Made by a program: the position numbers and the translations under genes
Source: Candidatus Syntropharchaeum sp.
GTDB lineage: Archaea > Halobacteriota > Syntropharchaeia > Syntropharchaeales > Syntropharchaeaceae
Direction: 5' to 3'
Length of the DNA stretch: 64,000 nt
NCBI GenBank assembly: GCA_026134025.1
Contig: JAOQII010000002.1
Coordinates: forward strand, 6,008-70,007
The notes under the pieces: generated by a model
The model's input: the letters and a program-made list of their open reading frames with translations, nothing else
Database searches by the model: none
What the model was told of the DNA's origin: nothing
Shown here: positions 19,195-28,604 of the stretch, piece by piece
How positions within the stretch are numbered: the stretch's first letter is position 1
How the letters are laid out: each line of letters begins with the position of its first letter

Positions 19195-20905
19195 GTGGAT
19201 ACATCCAGGGCTTATACTCATCTTTGGAGCGCTTTTAATTCCTTTTATTAGAAATAGGAAGCTCAAACAGGCTTATTTCCTCCTTTTGCCGGTTATAGCC
19301 CTCATCGACCTTCTGATGATGCAGCATGGCTCATACTGGAACGTCAATTTCATGGAATATGAGCTTGTGCTTGGAAGGGTTGACAGGTTGAGCATCGTCT
19401 TTGCCTATGTCTTTGTCATCGCTGCAATCTGTATGAATATCTACGCACTTCACCTTGAACGGGACTGGGAGCATGTCTCTGCGATGATGTACGCAGGAGC
19501 TGGACTTGGGGCTGTCTTTGCGGGCGATCTCTTCACCCTTTATATTTTCTGGGAGGTTATGGCATGGGCTTCGCTCTTCTTGATCTGGTTCAGGGGCACA
19601 AAAGCTGCACATAATGCAGGCTTCAGGTATATCATGTGGCATCTTGCAGGTGGCGTAATCCTGCTCGGTGGGATCGTGATGTATACCCAGAGCACAGGCT
19701 CAATCGAGTTCACGTCATTCACCCAATTCTGGGGCACAGGTCTCTGCTACTATCTTATCCTGCTTGGGTTTATCATAAATGCAGCCGTGCCACCACTCCA
19801 TCCATGGCTCGCTGATGCTTATCCAGAGGCGACCGTTACCGGCGCTGTATACATGACCGCATTCACGACAAAGAGCGCTGTTTATGTCCTTGCCAGAGGA
19901 TTTCCTGGTGTCGAGATCCTGATGTGGCTTGGTGCGATCATGGCGGTCTATGGGGTTATTTTTGCGATGCTTCAGAATGATGGCAGGCGGCTTCTCGCAT
20001 ACCACATCGTCTCGCAGGTCGGTTACATGGTCTGTGGTGTTGGGATGGGAATCTTCGGACTTGCTGCAGGGGAGATGGCGATAAACGGTGCAACTGCACA
20101 TGCATTCTGTCATATCCTCTACAAAGCGCTTCTCTTTATGGGCATGGGCGTTGTTTTGGAGGTTACAGGAAAGAGCAAGTTCACCGAGCTTGGGGGATTG
20201 TATAAGTATATGCCGGTCACCTTCTGGCTCTACATGATCGGTGCATTCTCGATCTCTGGATTTCCACTCTTCAACGGGTTTGTGAGTAAAACGATGACCG
20301 TGGAGGCGTCTGCGATGCTACATGAACCGATTATATGGCTGCTTCTTGAGGGAGCATCGATCGGTACATTCTTCTGTATCGCACTCAAACTCCCGAGAAA
20401 CGTCTGGTTTGGTGGTGAAAAACCTGCTTCGATCGAGGTGAAAAAGCCACCAAAGAATATGCTTGCTGGCATGGGCTTAACAGCAGCGCTCTGCGTTATC
20501 CTTGGGGTTTACCCAGAACCACTCTACAATATCTTACCTTATGCGGTTGAGTTTGTGCCATACACCGCAGGGCATGTCATCGCGATGTCACAGCTCTTCA
20601 TCTTTGCATTCATCCCATTCTGGATAATGCGTGAGAAGTTCAGGGGTGAGCCTGAGATCGTGCTTGATACCGACTGGTTTGTCAGAAAGCCCGGGCGGTG
20701 GTTTATCCGCTTCTGTGAGAATACGCTGATAAAATACGCAGAGTTTGATGAGAAGAGGTGCTTCATCTTCCCTGCTCTCTTTGAGCGATTGTCAAAAGCT
20801 ATTAGATCGATCCAGACTGGATACCTCACATATTATCTCCAGATCGTGCTTCTGATCGTGATGGTGACACTCGTTCTCGCTTCAATCGGAGGGATGCTTC
20901 TATGA
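19184..20905 (+). CDS. Antiporter-like subunit with C-terminal extension (NuoL/FpoL-like)
   Basis: 573 aa. 'PPLHPWLADAYPEATVTGAVYMTAFTTKSAVYVLAR'. The C-terminal roughly 100 aa form an amphipathic segment plus a final TM helix, consistent with a lateral helix. Confidence 0.8.
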   Translation: MTIEWIHPGLILIFGALLIPFIRNRKLKQAYFLLLPVIALIDLLMMQHGSYWNVNFMEYELVLGRVDRLSIVFAYVFVIAAICMNIYALHLERDWEHVSAMMYAGAGLGAVFAGDLFTLYIFWEVMAWASLFLIWFRGTKAAHNAGFRYIMWHLAGGVILLGGIVMYTQSTGSIEFTSFTQFWGTGLCYYLILLGFIINAAVPPLHPWLADAYPEATVTGAVYMTAFTTKSAVYVLARGFPGVEILMWLGAIMAVYGVIFAMLQNDGRRLLAYHIVSQVGYMVCGVGMGIFGLAAGEMAINGATAHAFCHILYKALLFMGMGVVLEVTGKSKFTELGGLYKYMPVTFWLYMIGAFSISGFPLFNGFVSKTMTVEASAMLHEPIIWLLLEGASIGTFFCIALKLPRNVWFGGEKPASIEVKKPPKNMLAGMGLTAALCVILGVYPEPLYNILPYAVEFVPYTAGHVIAMSQLFIFAFIPFWIMREKFRGEPEIVLDTDWFVRKPGRWFIRFCENTLIKYAEFDEKRCFIFPALFERLSKAIRSIQTGYLTYYLQIVLLIVMVTLVLASIGGMLL

Positions 20906-22137
20906 ATGATCTGATGCTGATGCTCGCTGCGATTGTTGTGATCGTGCTTGGATCGATAGTCTCAGTCAGAACCCCAAAAGCAGGGCTTTATGGGGCGATA
21001 CTTGCGCTTATAATCGCATTCCTGGCCTGTGATTTACCCCAGTATGGCGTCTTCATCTTTGCGATAGCAATCCTGAATCTTGCATCACTTGGCGCACTGA
21101 AGAGCAAGATACAGGGCATCGACTACGGGCTCGTCGGTCTTATGGGTGTTGTAACGATGTACATCTTCAACACTGCGGATCTCTCGCTCGTTCTGGCATC
21201 GCTTGTGCTTGTATCAACGCCAACATATCTGCTTGTCATGATCCGCGAGGGTGGGGTAGATGTTGAGGTTGGGATAAAGTATATCACTTTCATGGTCATC
21301 GCAACCGTGTTATTCCTGATAGGCGCTGTGATCCTTGCAACAGAGATAAAATCGCTCTACATACTCGGATATGTGACACTCGTGATCGGACTTGCGCTCG
21401 AGGTGGGAATCGCACCGCTTCATGAGTGGGTGCCCGATATTTTCGCCCGTGCTGATCCAGTACCTGTATCGATCATCGCATCGATGGCTAAAGTGGTACC
21501 GTTTGTTGCAGCCATGAGGATACTTTACTCAACGTCCACAGAGCTTACCGCAGTTGTTACAGTATTTACAGCCGTTCTGGCAGCAGTATCAATGTTTATC
21601 GGAAATATCGGAGCTCTAACATCAAAGGAAGCTGCAAGAGTGCTTGGTTACTCGACCGTGGCAAACATGGGATATGTGCTCTCCTGCATGGTTGCAGTCA
21701 TAAACCCGGAATTTTTGGGTATTGCGCTTGCCGGCGGACTTCTGCTCCTCTTCTCAAATGCCGCAGGTAAGATCGGATTCCTCAATGCGATAAAAGGTGA
21801 GAACGCGTACTCGCCGCTGATGTATCTGCTTGCATTCTCATTCCTGGGCGTGCCACCGCTTCTTGGTTTCTGGGGGAAGTTATTTGTTGCAATAGCCCTT
21901 TTGAAGGTTGGATACCTCTGGCTTGCTGCAATACTTGTTATAAATGCTGCAATATCGATCCCCTATTATCTGCGGCTCGCAAAGGTTCTTGGCGGAGACT
22001 GGCATATTAACTTCACAAATATCATCGCAGTTGCGGTTGTGATCTTTGTAATGGTCACAATCATCCCGCCAACGTGGTTTGTTGAGGCAATCGAGACGCT
22101 CATTCCGCTGTTAGGTCTTACAGGAATTGGAGGGTAA
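20902..22137 (+). CDS. fpoN: Antiporter-like subunit (NuoN/FpoN-like)
   Basis: 411 aa. 'GIAPLHEWVPDIFARADPVPVSIIASMAKVVPF' matches the NuoN motif (PfH.W.PDvy.G). Confidence 0.7.
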   Translation: MNDLMLMLAAIVVIVLGSIVSVRTPKAGLYGAILALIIAFLACDLPQYGVFIFAIAILNLASLGALKSKIQGIDYGLVGLMGVVTMYIFNTADLSLVLASLVLVSTPTYLLVMIREGGVDVEVGIKYITFMVIATVLFLIGAVILATEIKSLYILGYVTLVIGLALEVGIAPLHEWVPDIFARADPVPVSIIASMAKVVPFVAAMRILYSTSTELTAVVTVFTAVLAAVSMFIGNIGALTSKEAARVLGYSTVANMGYVLSCMVAVINPEFLGIALAGGLLLLFSNAAGKIGFLNAIKGENAYSPLMYLLAFSFLGVPPLLGFWGKLFVAIALLKVGYLWLAAILVINAAISIPYYLRLAKVLGGDWHINFTNIIAVAVVIFVMVTIIPPTWFVEAIETLIPLLGLTGIGG

Positions 22138-22141
22138 AAAA

Positions 22142-22486
22142 ATGATAGAGAACGCTATTGTAATCGGAGTGATTCTTGCAGTCTGTGTGCTTACAGACGT
22201 GATGATCCTTGCACTTTCAAAGATTCTACCAACCTATCATCTATCTGATCTGAAGGTATCAAGATGGGAGGCTGGTAACCTGCCTGTACCTGCACCAAAG
22301 TCGCTCTTGCCGATGGAGTATCTCGGGTACATGTTCATATTCATGGCAGTGGAGCCTGTGGTTGTTGCAATACTTGTCCTCTCAGCCGTACCAGCTTTGA
22401 ATTTTATTATACTCCTCGCACTTTCATTTGTTCTCATCGTGCCAGCGATATACGTGGGGATAAAATCAACGACGGAGGCGATCTAA
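22142..22486 (+). CDS. fpoA: Complex I-like subunit A (NuoA/FpoA family)
   Basis: 114 aa, 3 TM. 'SRWEAGNLP...YLGYMFIFMAVE' resembles the NuoA YECG...F.iFDvE pattern. Its position before the NuoB-like gene fits. Confidence 0.6.
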   Translation: MIENAIVIGVILAVCVLTDVMILALSKILPTYHLSDLKVSRWEAGNLPVPAPKSLLPMEYLGYMFIFMAVEPVVVAILVLSAVPALNFIILLALSFVLIVPAIYVGIKSTTEAI

Positions 22487-22487
22487 A

Positions 22488-24809
22488 ATGATGAAAGAGG
22501 AGGAAACACGAAACATTAATATCGTTAATTCAGAGCCGCTTTCACCCCTCAAGAAATGGTCAGCAAAATGGAGTTTATGGCCCTGCCACTTTGTAACCTC
22601 ATGCTGTGGTGTGGAGCTTGCCCATGCCTATGGCTGTGGTTATGATGGTGAGCGACTTGGATCGCTGGCGATGGGTATCTCACGGCAGGCGAACACGATC
22701 ATCGTTGAGGGTACAATTACCAGGAAAATGGCACGTCCATTGAGGGTTGTCTGGGAGCAGATGCCTGATCCGAAGTTTGTGAATGTGATCGGCGCGTGTG
22801 GAGAGCGCGGCGGGATATTCTGGAACAGCTATCATATCACACACCCCCACAGGATCGTGCCTGTCGATTTCTTCGTACCTGGCTGTCCTGTAACACCTGA
22901 AGCACTGTTGAGGGGCATACGTGCACTTCAGGACAAGATTGAGGGAGATGACCGATCAACAATCTCATTCAGGACTGTGGATCTTTCAGGAGCCGGGGGT
23001 AAGAAGAACCGGGTACCCGAAAGTCCAAAGATCATCGCACCAACCCCGCTTGTGAAGCCAGACATCCCATCTGGAGTTCGCTGGGAGGAGGGTGAGCAAA
23101 TCGTTGAGATGTTAAAAAAAGTGCTTGGAGAGCTTGTAATTTCAATCACAGTAACTGATAAGGATAGAATTGCCATAAAGACCACACCTGAGAATATCAG
23201 GGAAGTTGCAGCCCGATTATCAGCTGAGATGAAGATCGACCACGTAAAGAGCGTGAACGTCATCGATGTACCGCATGAGCGGAAGTTCATCATCGAGTAC
23301 ACAGCAGGAAGCTACGAGAAGGAGTTGATGCCTGTTTTATTCACGATATTTGCAGATCTTAGATCAGGTAAGGATGAAATCTCATTCCCGAGTCTTGCTG
23401 ACATCTGGATGAGTGCCGATTACACCGAGCGTGAGCTGCAGGATTTCTTTGGAGTTAAATTTGAGGGAAACCCAGGCAGGGAAGGAAACTTCCTATTAGC
23501 ACCTGATACGCCAAAGTTCCCGCTCAGAAGATCTTTTAAACTCGAAGAGGAGCGATACGTCCTTGAAGATGATAAGCCGTTCGCACCTGTGATCGACCCA
23601 CCGACCGAGTTTGATATACCGCTTCCCCCGGGGCTTGAAGAGGAGGTTGGGGCAGCAGGTGAGTATCTGCTTCTTGTTGGACCGCACCATACAGGAAGCG
23701 GACATCTGAGGTGGATCATGCGATTGAAGGGTGATACACTGAGCGAGGTTATACCAGATCCTGGATATGTCCACCGTTCGATGGAGAAACTTGCTGAGAA
23801 CAGACTGTATATCCAGAATATTCCACTATTTGAACGGCTATGTATTGTTGATCCCTTTAATGTGAACCTTGGTTATGTCAGAACAATCGAGAAAGCTCTC
23901 AAGATCGATGTACCAGAGCGTGCAACCTACATCAGGACGTTGATGGCAGAACTATCAAGGATTGACGCCTTCACGTACGATGCAGGAATATTCTCGCTCT
24001 TTATGGGTCACTCAACCGGTTTCATGTACCTGTGGGCGATAAGAGAGATGCTACTTGAGATGATAACCGCGATGACAGGCTCAAGGTGCAGTCCATCATT
24101 CATCATCCCTGGGGGTATAAGGCGCGACATCTCAGATGAGGTGCTCAATCTTGTGGAAAAGCTTCCAACCGCGGTTCAGGGTAGACTCCGTAAGTTTGAG
24201 GATATATTTGTGAATAACCCGGTTCTTATATCACGGGTCAAAGGTGTAGGCGTTTTATCAAGGGAGGATGCGATAAAAGCAGGGATTGTTGGACCATTTT
24301 TGAGGGCATCTGGCGTTGAGTATGACATCAGAAAGATTGAGCCTTATGAAGCCTATGGTGACCTTGACTGGGAAGTAATCGGTGCAGATGATGGGGATTG
24401 CCTTGTAAGATTCCTTGTAAGGCTTGAAGAGATGCAAGAGAGCCTCAATATCGTGAAACAGTGTGTAGAGAAGCTTAAGTCGATGGAGCGCGGAGGCGTG
24501 ATGAGTGAAGCTATACTTGGGGAGTACAGCGAGGCAAAAGATGACATACGCGGCTCATTCTACCGTGTCTTTGGCAATCTGGTTCTTCCACGGGGCGAGT
24601 GGAGCACGGTGACAGAGGCAGCACGTGGCACACTCTTCTTCTCTATACTGAGTGATGGTGACTCGAACGTACCCTATCGCGTGAGAACGATCTCGCCCAG
24701 CTGGTATAACCTGAGAGGGATCATTGAGGCATCGCGGGGTGAGAAGATGGCAGATTTCTGGGCGGTTTATGGAAGTTTTGGATATTTCCCGCCTGAGGCA
24801 GATAGGTGA
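22488..24809 (+). CDS. Fused NuoB-NuoC-NuoD homologue (FpoBCD)
   Basis: One 773-aa ORF with three parts. The NuoB part has the N2 cluster cysteines ('SCCGVE', 'GACGERGG', 'PGCPVTPE'). The NuoC part has 'ADYTERELQDFFGVKFEGNP'. The NuoD part has 'VGPHHTGSGHLRW' and the C-terminal 'PPEADR'. There are no NiFe-hydrogenase Cys motifs. Confidence 0.9.
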   Translation: MMKEEETRNINIVNSEPLSPLKKWSAKWSLWPCHFVTSCCGVELAHAYGCGYDGERLGSLAMGISRQANTIIVEGTITRKMARPLRVVWEQMPDPKFVNVIGACGERGGIFWNSYHITHPHRIVPVDFFVPGCPVTPEALLRGIRALQDKIEGDDRSTISFRTVDLSGAGGKKNRVPESPKIIAPTPLVKPDIPSGVRWEEGEQIVEMLKKVLGELVISITVTDKDRIAIKTTPENIREVAARLSAEMKIDHVKSVNVIDVPHERKFIIEYTAGSYEKELMPVLFTIFADLRSGKDEISFPSLADIWMSADYTERELQDFFGVKFEGNPGREGNFLLAPDTPKFPLRRSFKLEEERYVLEDDKPFAPVIDPPTEFDIPLPPGLEEEVGAAGEYLLLVGPHHTGSGHLRWIMRLKGDTLSEVIPDPGYVHRSMEKLAENRLYIQNIPLFERLCIVDPFNVNLGYVRTIEKALKIDVPERATYIRTLMAELSRIDAFTYDAGIFSLFMGHSTGFMYLWAIREMLLEMITAMTGSRCSPSFIIPGGIRRDISDEVLNLVEKLPTAVQGRLRKFEDIFVNNPVLISRVKGVGVLSREDAIKAGIVGPFLRASGVEYDIRKIEPYEAYGDLDWEVIGADDGDCLVRFLVRLEEMQESLNIVKQCVEKLKSMERGGVMSEAILGEYSEAKDDIRGSFYRVFGNLVLPRGEWSTVTEAARGTLFFSILSDGDSNVPYRVRTISPSWYNLRGIIEASRGEKMADFWAVYGSFGYFPPEADR

Positions 24810-24815
24810 TTTAAG

Positions 24816-25904
24816 ATGATGGGAACTATTGAAGCACTGATAAATTTGATGATGGCGGATCAGGTGGCGATACCGCTTCTTGATCCAATCTTAAATATCC
24901 TCTACGGGATACCACTTCTTGGGTATCTACTTGCCTTCATCCTCTGGAAGCCAATCTTTGCAGGGCTTGTATGTCCTGGCTTTGCAACGCTCGGGGTTAT
25001 CCTGATGCTCTTTCCATGGATTGAGCGAAAGCTTGTTGCACGGATGCAGTGGCGTGTTGGACCCAGAGAGATACTCCCGCAGTTTGGCGGCATCATCCAG
25101 CTTCTTGCAGACTCACTCAGATTCCTCTTCCAGGAGGTGATCGTCCACAGAGATGCAAAGCAACCTTACTTCGTGCAGTTCCCTGTGCTCTCATTCATCC
25201 CAGCACTTCTACCGCTTCTATTCATCCCTGCAGGGGTGATCGTTGCCGTTAAATCAGCCTACGGCGTCCAGATCATACTTGCACTCGTCTGCCTCTTTCC
25301 GTTCTTCATACTGGGGCTTGGCTGGGCATCAAACTCGAGGTTTGCATATATCGGGACGGTGAGAGAGGCGTTCATGTACTTTGCCTATGAGATCCCATTT
25401 ATAATCGCTGTTCTTGCGATGATTGTCCTCTATGGCACATCAGATCCCGTGGCAATCGCGGGAATGTCAGTTCCAGGAATCATCCTGAACCCGCTTGCAG
25501 CCCTCACATTCTTTATAGCTGCAGCGATGGCAACATCCCGTCTGCCCTTTGAGATTGCTGAGGCAGATCAGGAGCTTGCAGCAGGACCTCATGTTGAGTA
25601 TTCAGGGATCTTATTCGGGCTGATCTATGTGATGTGTTATGAGAAGATGTATATCCTTTCAGGGCTGATGACGATTCTATTTCTGGGAGGTGGCAGCGGC
25701 CCTGAGATTGCGATACTTGGCGACCTCTCAGGGGTTGTCTACTTCATGATAAAGACGGTGATTGTTATGACGCTTCTGGCCGCCCTACGTGGTGTCTATC
25801 CAAGATACAGGCTTGATCAGGGATTGAAGATTGGGTGGAGTTCGATGCTGATCATGGGTACACTTGCACTTGTAATATCACTCGCGGAGGTTCTGATCTT
25901 ATGA
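24816..25904 (+). CDS. fpoH: Complex I-like subunit H (NuoH/FpoH)
   Basis: 362 aa, polytopic. 'RKLVARMQWRVGPRE', 'LADSLRFLFQE' and 'PFEIAEADQELAAG' are NuoH hallmarks. Confidence 0.85.
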   Translation: MMGTIEALINLMMADQVAIPLLDPILNILYGIPLLGYLLAFILWKPIFAGLVCPGFATLGVILMLFPWIERKLVARMQWRVGPREILPQFGGIIQLLADSLRFLFQEVIVHRDAKQPYFVQFPVLSFIPALLPLLFIPAGVIVAVKSAYGVQIILALVCLFPFFILGLGWASNSRFAYIGTVREAFMYFAYEIPFIIAVLAMIVLYGTSDPVAIAGMSVPGIILNPLAALTFFIAAAMATSRLPFEIAEADQELAAGPHVEYSGILFGLIYVMCYEKMYILSGLMTILFLGGGSGPEIAILGDLSGVVYFMIKTVIVMTLLAALRGVYPRYRLDQGLKIGWSSMLIMGTLALVISLAEVLIL

Positions 25905-26635
25905 AGAAGATTGTAGCACCTGATTACGGGCTTGGCGAGACTGTAAAGTCTCATGCTGCTGCTATCAAGGTTGCAATCAAAGAAGCTATCCTACCACAGA
26001 CTGTCACATCTCACTACCCAGGAGAGCGACGCAGGATGCCAGACTGCTTCAGGGGCTATCTTCGCTTTGACCCTGAGATGTGCATAAGCTGCTTCCAGTG
26101 CAGCTTCATCTGCCCTGCAAACGCAATTGGGATGCGTGAGGCACCTGATAATCGCTACTATCCAACGATAGACTATGGGAAGTGTATCTTCTGCTACTTC
26201 TGTCTTGATTCATGTCCAGGCGGTGCGCTCAAGCCGACAAAAGTTCATGATGTTGCGTACAATGATGTGGATGAGATGTTGACTCCTACCTGTGATATGA
26301 TCGATATGCCCGAGATTATCCGTGAAGATGAACGGTATGTCGAGTATAAGATAGACGAGCATGACCTCAGCCTCGAGCGCGTAAAAGGACTGGATGACCT
26401 TGCAGTTGAGCTTCCAGAGCTGGAAAAGATCTCTATGGTCTCAGTCTGTGTTGCTCCTGAGAACTGTCTTTCCTGCAGGGTCTGTGAAGAGGTATGCGAG
26501 AGTGGAGCGATCACGTCAGCATTGGATGGAGATGAAATCAGAATGACCATTGATACCACGACCTGCAACGGTTGTGGGTTGTGTGTCAAGGAGTGTTCAA
26601 TGCAGGTACTGAGGCTTGTCAGGAGGGAGATTTAG
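25901..26635 (+). CDS. fpoI: Complex I-like subunit I (NuoI/FpoI) with an extra C-terminal 2x[4Fe-4S] domain
   Basis: ATGA overlap with fpoH. The NuoI motifs are 'CISCFQCSFICP' and 'CIFCYFCLDSCP'. An additional pair is 'CLSCRVCEEVCESG' and 'CNGCGLCVKECS'. Confidence 0.85.
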   Translation: MKKIVAPDYGLGETVKSHAAAIKVAIKEAILPQTVTSHYPGERRRMPDCFRGYLRFDPEMCISCFQCSFICPANAIGMREAPDNRYYPTIDYGKCIFCYFCLDSCPGGALKPTKVHDVAYNDVDEMLTPTCDMIDMPEIIREDERYVEYKIDEHDLSLERVKGLDDLAVELPELEKISMVSVCVAPENCLSCRVCEEVCESGAITSALDGDEIRMTIDTTTCNGCGLCVKECSMQVLRLVRREI

Positions 26636-26637
26636 TA

Positions 26638-27702
26638 ATGGCAGCAGCAGGGAAGTTTGAGTGGAAAATCGCCATTGTCAATAAACCGTTGAAGGATAAG
26701 ACATACTTTGAGAACCTGAAAGAAACAGTGATCGATACAGGGATCTGCAGTCGATGCCTGACGTGCGCGTGTATCTGCCCTGTTGATGGAATAATCGCAG
26801 CAAAACCTGTGGACTTTCCTGACTACAAAGAGCGGTGTACCGATTGTGGTGCCTGTGTAAGGGTATGTCCCAGGTTTGATTATAAGCCAAAGTACGGGAT
26901 GGGCGAGTACCTGGAGTTTGTCGCGGCAAAATCAAACCGTTTTGTTGGACAGGACGGTGCGATGGTAACAGAGATCATGATGTCAGCGATTGAGATGGGT
27001 ATGATCGATCGGGCGCTCTTTGTGGGTAGAAACGATGAATGGATGACTGAAGTCTTTCACGTCTACGATCCATCTCAGCTTGAGATGGGAACGCTCACCG
27101 GGACAAAGTACACATTTGCAACAGTCCTTAAGGATCTTAAAAAAGCGGTTCTATTATCAAAGAAAGGTGTTGGGATCGTTGGAACGCCCTGCATCGTATC
27201 AGGTGTTAAGAAGCTACAGAAGGAATATCCACTCTTTCGTGAGCGGGTGAAACTTGTTGTGGGACTGTTCTGTACAGAAAACTTCCACTACGAGGAGCTC
27301 GCAGCATTCTTAAGTGAGAAGGGTGTTGACCATAACAGACTCATAAAGACGGATATCACAAAGGGCAAGTTCATCGCCACAATGGAGGGTGAAGAAGAGC
27401 CTGTTACCTTCAAGGTGAAAGAGCTGGAGGAGATACTACCATCAGGCTGTAGCGTCTGTACCGACTTTACCGCAGTTGAGGCCGATGTCAGTGTGGGCAG
27501 TGTGGGTAGCAAGCCAGGCTTCTCAAGTGTGGCGGTTCGTGAGAAGAATGCGGCAGAGGTCATGGACTATATCCGTGAAAAGGGGTATGCAGAGTTTGGT
27601 GGTGATGCGGTGGAGAAACAGCTTGAATTCCTGATCAACTACAAGATCGGGAGGTTCTATGTCGAGACCGCCGAGGAAGAAGGAAGAGATAAAAGTTTAT
27701 AA
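26638..27702 (+). CDS. fpoF: FpoF/FqoF-like F420H2-oxidising subunit (FrhB family with N-terminal 2x[4Fe-4S])
   Basis: 'CSRCLTCACICP' and 'CTDCGACVRVCP', then FrhB N- and C-domain motifs ('GQDGAMVTEIMMSAIEMGMIDRALFV', 'GIVGTPCIVSG', 'CSVCTDFTAVEADVSVGSVG'). ATG 26638 lies 2 nt after the fpoI stop. Confidence 0.8.
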   Translation: MAAAGKFEWKIAIVNKPLKDKTYFENLKETVIDTGICSRCLTCACICPVDGIIAAKPVDFPDYKERCTDCGACVRVCPRFDYKPKYGMGEYLEFVAAKSNRFVGQDGAMVTEIMMSAIEMGMIDRALFVGRNDEWMTEVFHVYDPSQLEMGTLTGTKYTFATVLKDLKKAVLLSKKGVGIVGTPCIVSGVKKLQKEYPLFRERVKLVVGLFCTENFHYEELAAFLSEKGVDHNRLIKTDITKGKFIATMEGEEEPVTFKVKELEEILPSGCSVCTDFTAVEADVSVGSVGSKPGFSSVAVREKNAAEVMDYIREKGYAEFGGDAVEKQLEFLINYKIGRFYVETAEEEGRDKSL

Positions 27703-27738
27703 TGATAATGATAGTATTCAGGTAATGGTGGGGATATA

Positions 27739-28185
27739 TTGAAGACAGACCTGGTCTATTGGGAAGATGAGATTGGAAAGACGCCAAAGAAGATTTCAGT
27801 AGACGTAAGTCCCTATGGTATACAATTGGGGACGAGAGCAGAGTGGCAGATGGGAATTGCTGCAGAGGATAAGAAGGTTGAGGCAAATGTATTGACGCCG
27901 ATCAAAATAATGCCGGTAACGGTCCCAGAAGGGGCGATTGTGCTACCATGTATCTTCATGCGACACGCACTTGGAATCGTTACAGGTATTACATGCAGTG
28001 GAAGATGTAAACCCGTCGAAGAGGAACGTACAATCTCTGAGGTTCTCTTTCATCCGATTGAAAGTGGCGTAATTTATAAAAATGAGCTTTTGACCGTTAT
28101 AAACATCATACCTGCTGCAATTGAGGAAGAGCTGCCGAGCAAAGAAGCGGTATACAGGTGGATGCAAAAGCGATATGAGGAATGA
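27739..28185 (+). CDS. Hypothetical protein (weak resemblance to the FwdD / molybdopterin-dinucleotide-binding beta-barrel)
   Basis: 148 aa with a TTG start and an ATGA overlap with mvhD. 'VTVPEGAIVLP' loosely recalls the FwdD 'MPEGMIYIP'. No firm assignment. Confidence 0.45.
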   Translation: MKTDLVYWEDEIGKTPKKISVDVSPYGIQLGTRAEWQMGIAAEDKKVEANVLTPIKIMPVTVPEGAIVLPCIFMRHALGIVTGITCSGRCKPVEEERTISEVLFHPIESGVIYKNELLTVINIIPAAIEEELPSKEAVYRWMQKRYEE

Positions 28186-28604
28186 GCTGGCAACCAAAAA
28201 TACTTGCATTCTGCTGTAACTGGTGCTCGTATGCAGGGGCTGATCTTGCAGGGGTTGAACGGAGGCAGATGCCACCCACGGTCAGGATCATACGCGTCAT
28301 GTGCTCAGGCACGGTTGATCCTGCCTGGGTACTTGAGGCTTTTTTAGAGGGTGTGGACGGCGTACTGATAACAGGTTGCCATCCTGGAGAATGTCATTAC
28401 CTTAATGCAAATTATCATACGGCGAGGAGATACCGCCTGCTCGAGGCGTTTGTTAAGGAGTTCGGGCTTGAACCAGCACGACTGCGACTTGAGTGGATCG
28501 CAGCAACAGAGGGCGTTAAGTTTGCAGAGGTTGTGCGAGATATGACCGATAAAATCAGGGCACTTGGCCCAAGCCCGCTAAGGCCAGAAGAGGGGGTTAG
28601 GTGA
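28182..28604 (+). CDS. mvhD: MvhD-type [2Fe-2S] protein (methyl-viologen-reducing hydrogenase delta subunit family)
   Basis: 'KILAFCCNWCSYAGADLAG...IRVMCSGTVDPAWVLEAF..GVDGVLITGCHPGECHY' is the classic MvhD signature. Confidence 0.85.
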   Translation: MSWQPKILAFCCNWCSYAGADLAGVERRQMPPTVRIIRVMCSGTVDPAWVLEAFLEGVDGVLITGCHPGECHYLNANYHTARRYRLLEAFVKEFGLEPARLRLEWIAATEGVKFAEVVRDMTDKIRALGPSPLRPEEGVR

